Source: a virus (taxonomy: Duplodnaviria > Caudoviricetes). From it: a stretch of DNA of 63,254 nucleotides. The notes beneath the pieces were generated by a model. The model saw only the letters and a list, made by a program, of their open reading frames with translations. It searched no databases and was not told the DNA's origin. Of this stretch, positions 56,834-63,254 are shown piece by piece. How positions within the stretch are numbered: the first letter of the stretch is position 1; each line of letters opens with the position of its first letter. The DNA lies in the IMG/VR virus record IMGVR_UViG_3300021403_000008, positions 1-63,254 of that record; one strand, given 5' to 3'. The position numbers were made by a program, and so were the translations under genes.

Positions 56834-57754
56834 ATGCCTAAGCTCAAGGATGTCAATGACCTCGATGTCGAGGCCCTGGATGCCGTCGAGTATTCCACCG
56901 AGGAATACACGACCTATGCCGGAGAGGTCCCGCCTGTCGGAATCGAGCTGACCGGGTACGTCAAGCGTCTGTGGTGGACGCGGACGGCTCCGAAGCAGGG
57001 CGGTGGCGGCGATGACCCGATGCTCAAGGTCCTGTGGGTCGCGGCCGACAACGACGGCGACAACGAGGAATTCAACGAGTGCCCGTTCTGGCTGAACGCT
57101 CCGCTCGTTCCGGGAGCCAAGTTCAGGTGGGCTCCGTTCCTCGACGTGTACGGCCTCACGCTCCGCCAGATCAAGACCAACACATTCGTCGCCTCGAAAG
57201 AGGACCAGAACGGCGCGCCCATCGAGCGCATCGGCCAGTGGAAGCCCGGAGAGGACCGGGACGAGGCGTGGTGCCGGATCATCACCGGCCAGGAGCCGTA
57301 TAACGGCGAGATGCAGGCCCGCGTCAAGGAATGGCTCATGTGGGACGAGGAAGGGACCGTGGAGCCGGGCGCGGAGGACGGCGACGGCGAAGAGGCCGGA
57401 GCGGAGGACGGCGACGGCGAAGAGGAAGGCGTGGAGCTTTTCGAGGACGATGAGGGGAACCTCGTTGACGCGGAAGGCAATATGTACGATGAGGACGGCG
57501 TGCTCATCGAGCCGGAGCCGGAACCGGAGCCTGCCCGTACCCGCCGCGCTCCGGCGCGAGCCGCTAAGCCAGCCGCTAAGGCTCCCGCTCGCGCGGCTAG
57601 GACGGCTCCGGCCGCGAAGCCCGCGAGGACGGCTCCGGCCACTACGCGGACGCGCGCAGCCGCTCCGAAGGCGGCTCGCGCCGCGACGGCGAAGGCTCCG
57701 GCCGGACGAGGCCGTGGCAGGGCTGCCGCTGCGCAGAACGAGCCTCCGTTTTGA
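56834..57754 (+). CDS. Putative single-stranded DNA-binding protein
   Basis: Follows Sak4-like gene; acidic then basic tail ending EPPF. Confidence 0.7.
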   Translation: MPKLKDVNDLDVEALDAVEYSTEEYTTYAGEVPPVGIELTGYVKRLWWTRTAPKQGGGGDDPMLKVLWVAADNDGDNEEFNECPFWLNAPLVPGAKFRWAPFLDVYGLTLRQIKTNTFVASKEDQNGAPIERIGQWKPGEDRDEAWCRIITGQEPYNGEMQARVKEWLMWDEEGTVEPGAEDGDGEEAGAEDGDGEEEGVELFEDDEGNLVDAEGNMYDEDGVLIEPEPEPEPARTRRAPARAAKPAAKAPARAARTAPAAKPARTAPATTRTRAAAPKAARAATAKAPAGRGRGRAAAAQNEPPF

Positions 57755-57829
57755 GGCTGATGACCTAGCCGCTACGGTTAAGCGGCTCCGAGATGAGCTT
57801 CACCAAGAACTCATCATGAAAGGATTCCG

Positions 57830-57955
57830 GTGAACGGATTCAACCCGAATGGCGAGAGCGGAGCTGCTCAGGCTCTCGACCAGAGACAGGCCCAGATAGG
57901 GCTCCTGGCTCATCTCCTAGCGGCGTGCCATATGCCGCGACGGGAGACCATGTAG
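57830..57955 (+). CDS. 41 aa hypothetical protein
   Basis: GAAAGGA RBS before GTG; translated by hand. Confidence 0.4.
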   Translation: MNGFNPNGESGAAQALDQRQAQIGLLAHLLAACHMPRRETM

Positions 57956-58019
57956 TAAAGCTCCGGCCCGGCAGGCATCACGGGACCTGCCGGGCCGGTT
58001 CCCATAGGGAGAATATGAA

Positions 58020-58853
58020 ATGCGCGTCCTCATTCTAGGGTGCGGTCCTTCCGGGCTAGCCGCCGCTCAGGCCGCTCTCGACTTCGGAGCCGACCCATTC
58101 ATCATAAGCAAGACTGACCGGCCGTCCATGCTCTACGGCTGCCAGTACCTCCACGAGCCCATCCCCGGATATGAGAACGTTCCCAGCACAACCGTCTCCT
58201 ATGCGCTCATCGGCACTCCGGATCAGTACCGTGAGAAGGTCTATGGCGATAAGTGGACCGGGAAGGTTAGCCCGGAGGACTTTGTAGGCGAGCACAACGC
58301 CTGGGATATCCGCGAGACGTACGGACGGCTATGGGCCGACCTCATTGGCTCCAGCCGCGTCTCCCTCTTTGTCAGGGGAGAGATAACCGAAGGCTGGATT
58401 CCTACCGCCATGGGTCCTCCGCCATTCCTCATCATTTCCTCGATACCTGCTCCGGCGATGTGTACCAAGCGAAGCGTCCACGGCTTCTACTCGCACGCTA
58501 TCTTCGCGAACGGTACGACCAACGAGGAACCTATCCACGACAACGCCATTCTCTGCGACGGGACCGACGCTCACCGGTGGTACCGGATATCGAACGTGTT
58601 CGGCTACCGGACGATTGAATGGGCGAAGCTCCCGCCTCCGGGAACCATCGCCGCGAACGTCATCAAGCCGCTCCGGACGGACTGCGACTGCTACCCGTCC
58701 GTCCTTCGCGTAGGCCGCTACGGGACATGGGACAAGAGCTACCTAGTCCACAAGGTCTACGGAGACGTTATCGACGCTCTACGGGCCACTCAGAGCCCGG
58801 CAGAGTACGTTGCGGACTACCTAGACGAGCGTAAGGGACCGTGGCGGATGTGA
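58020..58853 (+). CDS. FAD-binding oxidoreductase (UDP-galactopyranose mutase-like fold)
   Basis: ILGCGPSGLAAA Rossmann motif, GCQYLH, WYRIS, VGRYGTW. Confidence 0.75.
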   Translation: MRVLILGCGPSGLAAAQAALDFGADPFIISKTDRPSMLYGCQYLHEPIPGYENVPSTTVSYALIGTPDQYREKVYGDKWTGKVSPEDFVGEHNAWDIRETYGRLWADLIGSSRVSLFVRGEITEGWIPTAMGPPPFLIISSIPAPAMCTKRSVHGFYSHAIFANGTTNEEPIHDNAILCDGTDAHRWYRISNVFGYRTIEWAKLPPPGTIAANVIKPLRTDCDCYPSVLRVGRYGTWDKSYLVHKVYGDVIDALRATQSPAEYVADYLDERKGPWRM

Positions 58854-59644
58854 GCTGGGAGACGGAGTGCGGCAGCGGATTCCATACGGGATGGTGCCGC
58901 CATAAAGTCACCGGGAAGGTCTACCTGAGAGCGGGAGCGATGACGGACATTAGGGCCAGCGTAAGCGGCGGCATTTTCGAGTACCCGGCCGAAGTAATAC
59001 TCAGCCGCGCCAACCGTCCTATCGTCGCGCTTGATATCGACGGGACGCTGGGAGATTACCACAAGCACTTCCTCTGGTTCGCGGAGCTATGGTTTGGCCG
59101 GCCGTTCCCTCCGCCAGACGAGGTCAACCCCGGACTCCGGCTATCCACGTTCATGGGAATCCCTCACCGGGACTACCGGGAGTGTAAGCTCGCATACCGC
59201 CAGAGCGGCCTGAAGCGGGCCATGCCGTGCTATCCGTACGCGAGCGAGCTTACCCGCAACATCCGCAAATCCGGAGCCGACGTATGGATTTGTACTTCCC
59301 GGCCATATCTCCGGCTAGACAACATAGACCCGGATACGCGGGAATGGCTCCGTAGGAACGGGATTCAGTATGATGGCCTAATCTGGGAGAGTATCCCGGA
59401 CGGCGACCAGACCTGCGGGAAATACAATGACCTCGTGAACCAGGTCGGCCTTAGCCGTATCGTCGCGGTAGTCGATGACCTCCCGGAGCAGACGGCCGAC
59501 GCGGAGCGGCTAGGTATCCTTAATATCTACGTCCGGGATCAGCCGTATAACCGGGAGCCGCACGTACGCGGCGACCGGATAACGGACCTCTCTACGCTCT
59601 GGGAATGCCTAGAGCAGGATATATCACAATGGAGGAATAAATGA
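58841..59644 (+). CDS. HAD-family nucleotidase (start may be 58940)
   Basis: ALDIDGTL, ICTSRP, TREWL, VDD, PYN. Confidence 0.8.
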   Translation: MADVSWETECGSGFHTGWCRHKVTGKVYLRAGAMTDIRASVSGGIFEYPAEVILSRANRPIVALDIDGTLGDYHKHFLWFAELWFGRPFPPPDEVNPGLRLSTFMGIPHRDYRECKLAYRQSGLKRAMPCYPYASELTRNIRKSGADVWICTSRPYLRLDNIDPDTREWLRRNGIQYDGLIWESIPDGDQTCGKYNDLVNQVGLSRIVAVVDDLPEQTADAERLGILNIYVRDQPYNREPHVRGDRITDLSTLWECLEQDISQWRNK

Positions 59645-60543
59645 GTACCTACGGAGATATGCCGCACAGGACCGTCGAGAGGTATGTGGATGAGGCGATG
59701 TTCCCGGCCGTGCCGCTCTCGGAGTACGGAGAGGAAGTCCGGCCGTCCGTCACGGTCATTACGATGACCCCGGACCCGCTCCGGGTCCTCGCGTCTGCCG
59801 CCTCGATGTACAAGGGACTCCCGGTACTCCCAGAAGACATATCCGCCGAAGAGGCGGTGGCCTATCTCGATGCCTTCCGTGGCGGGAAGATCGTTGCGCC
59901 ACTCGAATGGATTCAGATAGCGCTCCTGATCCAGGGAGTCTCCCGCGACTTCACCCATCAGATGGTCCGGCAGAGGACGGCGACATTCGTCCAGGAGTCG
60001 ATGCGGTTCGCGGTAAAGGACAACGCCGCGAACGAGGTGCCGATGCCTCCGTCTATCGCGAGGCTCCCGGACAACAGCGATATCGTCCAGAGGTGGCGGG
60101 AGCACGTAATCAGCACCGGCCAGTTCTATAACTACCTCATTCAGAACGATATCCCGGCAGAGGACGCGCGGAAAGCTCTACTCATCGGAACGGCTACCCG
60201 GCTCCATTACCGGACGGACCTCCGGAACCTCGTGAATACGGCCGGGATGCGGCTGTGCTCTCAAGCCCAGGCCGAATGGAAGCAGGTCTGGCTAGAGATA
60301 GTCGGAGCCATCCTGAATTACGGGCCGGACGAGGAACGCTGGCAGCAGCGGGAGATAGTCTCCCTATTCAAGCCCGTATGCTACCAGACCGGGAAGTGCG
60401 AATTCAATAGCCCCATCGATCGGTGGTGTGTTATCCGGGACCGCGTCAACGCCCACGCGGAACGAGGCGAGCCGCCTACGGTCTGGCTCGATATCAGCCC
60501 GCACGAGCCGCTCCATCCGGCTTCGGCCCGGAGGCCACGATGA
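59641..60543 (+). CDS. thyX: ThyX-like flavin-dependent thymidylate synthase
   Basis: GVSRDFTHQMVRQRTATFVQESMRF, PAEDAR, RLCSQAQAEW. Confidence 0.85.
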   Translation: MSTYGDMPHRTVERYVDEAMFPAVPLSEYGEEVRPSVTVITMTPDPLRVLASAASMYKGLPVLPEDISAEEAVAYLDAFRGGKIVAPLEWIQIALLIQGVSRDFTHQMVRQRTATFVQESMRFAVKDNAANEVPMPPSIARLPDNSDIVQRWREHVISTGQFYNYLIQNDIPAEDARKALLIGTATRLHYRTDLRNLVNTAGMRLCSQAQAEWKQVWLEIVGAILNYGPDEERWQQREIVSLFKPVCYQTGKCEFNSPIDRWCVIRDRVNAHAERGEPPTVWLDISPHEPLHPASARRPR

Positions 60544-60845
60544 AGGTTTACCTAGCCGGTCCTATGCGCGGCAAGCCGGATGAGAACAGGACGGCCTTTG
60601 AGGTCGGAGCCAAAGCGCTCCGGGGCAGAGGCCACCTCGTATTCAGCCCAATCGAGAATAGCACTCCGGAGGGAGGACTACGCGCCGCAATGGCGAGTGA
60701 CCTTAACTGGATATGCCTCTGTGCCGATGTCGTGGTCCTACTCGACGGATGGGAGGATTCCCTTGGCGCTTCGGCCGAATACGCGACGGCCGGAGCTATC
60801 GGAATCCCGACCTATTGCCTCCATGAATTCCTGGACCTAAAATGA
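60540..60845 (+). CDS. DUF4406 / nucleoside deoxyribosyltransferase-like protein
   Basis: KVYLAGPM...LLDGWEDSLGASAE. Confidence 0.8.
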   Translation: MKVYLAGPMRGKPDENRTAFEVGAKALRGRGHLVFSPIENSTPEGGLRAAMASDLNWICLCADVVVLLDGWEDSLGASAEYATAGAIGIPTYCLHEFLDLK

Positions 60846-61183
60846 GTGGCGACGGCGACGGCCTCCAGAATGACATCGATGAGATTATCCGGCGCGTAAC
60901 GGATGGCGGTGGAGGCTCCGGCCTCGCGGCCGCAGAGATAGTCCGCTATCTCTATCTCAACGCCACGGCCGTAACAAAGCCCCATCTTCACGTGTGGGAT
61001 ATACTTGGGGTATGGAATTCGATTGAGCCAGCTCGTCCGGCTCATCCGAGGAATCCTCCGGACAGGACCACTCAGGTTCTTATCCGCTGTCAGGAATGTA
61101 ATTTCCCGCAGACGGTCCTGCTGGAGGGTATCTGGACCGAAGACCAGATCAAGGCGAACATGGACGAGGAAATCAACAAGTAG
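60842..61183 (+). CDS. Hypothetical protein with HxH/CxxC
   Basis: Operonic ORF; PHLHVW...RCQECN. Confidence 0.55.
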   Translation: MSGDGDGLQNDIDEIIRRVTDGGGGSGLAAAEIVRYLYLNATAVTKPHLHVWDILGVWNSIEPARPAHPRNPPDRTTQVLIRCQECNFPQTVLLEGIWTEDQIKANMDEEINK

Positions 61184-61199
61184 GAAGGCGAGAGAACCA

Positions 61200-61541
61200 A
61201 TGAGCGAGACGAGCGAGGCCGACCGGGACGCGGCGTACGACTACCTTAAGAAAGTCGGCCTAGAGCCAAATCCGGACGCTATAGCGAACCTAGCCGGACC
61301 TCTTACGGACGCGCTCCGCATCGTCTGTGAACGGAAGTACTCGGAGCGGATGTGGAAGATGCGGGGATGGAAGGGACTCGCCCACGACATCATAGACAAA
61401 GCCTTCCGGCTCCGGTTCCGCGAATGGGAGATGCGGGAGCTGGACGAGGACTCGCCTCGCGACATGATTAACTTCTGCTGCTATTACCTCCGGCTAGGCC
61501 ACGAGGGTAAGCCGTGGGGAGAAATGGGGAGTCCGGGATGA
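61200..61541 (+). CDS. Nucleotide-modification-associated (DUF1599/Nmad1-like) protein
   Basis: W..RG..G....I.DK..RL...EDS..D..N pattern. Confidence 0.55.
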   Translation: MSETSEADRDAAYDYLKKVGLEPNPDAIANLAGPLTDALRIVCERKYSERMWKMRGWKGLAHDIIDKAFRLRFREWEMRELDEDSPRDMINFCCYYLRLGHEGKPWGEMGSPG

Positions 61542-61819
61542 GCGAGCGCGAGCGCGAGGCTTCCGAATTCATTCCGTCCTCCGACTGGACCGATGACGAA
61601 TGGCTCCGGGTAATCAGGGAATTCCCTCCGGATACGCATCCGTCTGTAGCCGAAGCCCAGGTGGCCGTATGGAGAATGGAAGCCGGATGAAATGCCGGCG
61701 ATGCGGATGCGATAAGGATATCCATCAGCATTACCATTCCCGGACTTACTGCGGCCATTGCGGCGAGGCGGCCTGCCCCGCCTTCAAGCCAATCCGATGG
61801 TATCACCGATGGAGGAACA

Positions 61820-62074
61820 ATGCCTAAATTCCCGGACGCGGCAGTATTCGCGGACGTATCGGACGAGCTAGCCGAAGCTCGTAGCAGATTCCCGGAATTC
61901 AACGGAGCCCACGAGGGATACGCGGTCATCCTGGAGGAACTGGACGAGCTGTGGGAAGAGGTCCGGTCTAAGGGACGGACGAACGCTCGCATGTACGAGG
62001 AAGCCAGGCAGGTGGCCGCTATGGCTATCCGGTTCATGCTCGACGTATGCGGAGGGAGTCCTGATGGACGGTAG
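61820..62074 (+). CDS. MazG-like all-alpha NTP pyrophosphohydrolase
   Basis: HEGYAVILEELDELWEEV...EARQVAAMAIRF. Confidence 0.75.
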   Translation: MPKFPDAAVFADVSDELAEARSRFPEFNGAHEGYAVILEELDELWEEVRSKGRTNARMYEEARQVAAMAIRFMLDVCGGSPDGR

Positions 62075-62294
62075 CCGATGGATTCAGGATAAGGAAGGCC
62101 TGTGGTGGGAGCTAATGCCTGCCGGGCCTTTCCCGGAGCCGCGCGAGCTAACCCCGGAGGAACGGCTAGAAGCCGCGACTAACTACCTGAAGAACCGGCT
62201 CGCGCTCAAGATAGACAAGCTCTACGTCCAGGCCGGTCGGTTCCAGTCCTATGTCGGGACTACTCCCGATGACTTTACGGACGGCCTCCGGTAA
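62064..62294 (+). CDS. Hypothetical protein
   Basis: GGAGG RBS; TAATG overlap with PHP gene. Confidence 0.6.
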   Translation: MDGSRWIQDKEGLWWELMPAGPFPEPRELTPEERLEAATNYLKNRLALKIDKLYVQAGRFQSYVGTTPDDFTDGLR

Positions 62295-63244
62295 TGGGAG
62301 AGCTAGCGCGGCGAGTCCGGTTCGTTAACCTACACGGCCATTCAACATTCTCTTTCGGAGACGGGTACGGACCTCCCTCCGCGCACGTCGCGAGAGCGGC
62401 CGGACTTGGCTATACCGCGCTAGCCCTAACCGAGCACGGTAACGTATCGAGTCACTATCAGCTAGAAGCGGCCGCAGTCAAGGCCGGCATTCAGCCTATC
62501 TTCGGCCTGGAGGCTTATACCGGAGCCGTGGACCTAGAGCACCGCCAGCAATTCAAGTTCCATCTGACTATTCTCGCGGAGACAGCGAATGGATACCAGA
62601 ACCTCAACAAAGTCGTCACCCAGTCCTATAAGGACGCATACTACCACCCTACGGTCAGCGGTAGTTATCTCAGCGCCCACTCTAGCGGGCTTGTCGTTCT
62701 TTCTGGATGTTCCGGGAGCCTTCTGGCTTGTACGCTCCTGGGCGGAAAGGGAATCCCGGAACCGGATACCGGAGTCTACAACTGGAACGGAGCGCTAGAA
62801 GTAGTCGAGAGGTTCAAGTCCCATTTCGGTGATAGGTACTTCCTAGAAGTCCAGCCTTTCTGGGAGCTGGAGCGCTCGTGCTTTATGAATCCGGCCTATG
62901 AGGAACTGAGCCGGATGACCGGAGTGCCGCTAGTCGTTACCCACGATATCCATTACCCGCTCCCGGAGGACGCAGAGATGCAAGCTATTCTCCACGCGGT
63001 CCATCGCGGGAAGGCGAGTATTGATGACGCGCTCCGGGAATGGAATTACGAGGTGGCGATGACCTTCCCGGACGGAGACGCTATACTCGGAGAGAAGCTA
63101 ATGAAGACCGGCCTTAGCCGGGAAGCCTCGTGGGAGGCTATCCTGACTACGGAGCGGATAGCCGGAATGTGTAAGGTGAAGCTACCGAAGGCCAAACGTC
63201 TCCGGTACCCAATATCCCAGCAGGACATTCAGCCGTGGAGCTAG
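62294..63244 (+). CDS. dnaE: DnaE N-terminal PHP domain as a separate gene
   Basis: LHGHSTFSFGDG, ALTEHGN, GLEAY, HLTILA...GYQNL, LSGC, THDIHY. Confidence 0.92.
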   Translation: MGELARRVRFVNLHGHSTFSFGDGYGPPSAHVARAAGLGYTALALTEHGNVSSHYQLEAAAVKAGIQPIFGLEAYTGAVDLEHRQQFKFHLTILAETANGYQNLNKVVTQSYKDAYYHPTVSGSYLSAHSSGLVVLSGCSGSLLACTLLGGKGIPEPDTGVYNWNGALEVVERFKSHFGDRYFLEVQPFWELERSCFMNPAYEELSRMTGVPLVVTHDIHYPLPEDAEMQAILHAVHRGKASIDDALREWNYEVAMTFPDGDAILGEKLMKTGLSREASWEAILTTERIAGMCKVKLPKAKRLRYPISQQDIQPWS

Positions 63245-63254
63245 CATGATGTCA
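62652..63254. repeat. Terminal overlap copy B
   Basis: Direct repeat of 1-603. Confidence 0.95.

Overview
The window is an apparently complete (~62.65 kb) tailed phage genome of siphovirus type with high GC, most likely infecting a non-mycolate actinomycete (amidase lysin, no lysin B recognised). It is assembled as a circle: 1-603 repeats at 62652-63254 with ~13 substitutions. Minus strand 4.1-29.7 kb carries lysis, tail, head and packaging genes plus an HNH gene, a GH12-like secreted hydrolase and paralogous putative virion-cargo proteins. A primase-helicase lies at 31-33 kb (minus). Plus strand 33.4-63.2 kb and 0-4.3 kb carries an array of small gene cassettes, an actinomycete-plasmid-like FtsK/Spd module, SNF2 helicase, Cas4-like/Sak4/SSB recombination genes, a nucleotide-metabolism or DNA-modification block and a split DnaE. 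No integrase, tRNA or CRISPR array was recognised. The most unusual signals are: (1) a conserved GAAAGGCGAG start-associated motif at about 20 genes, with its exact reverse complement displayed in a hairpin loop (candidate RNA-based translational regulator); (2) repeated hairpin + -10 + RBS promoter cassettes; (3) several promoter-proximal structured ncRNA candidates; (4) a TraB/Spd-like transfer module with a repeat array; (5) polymorphic cargo proteins sharing an N-terminal domain. Functional calls come from motif recognition by eye; no database searches were run.
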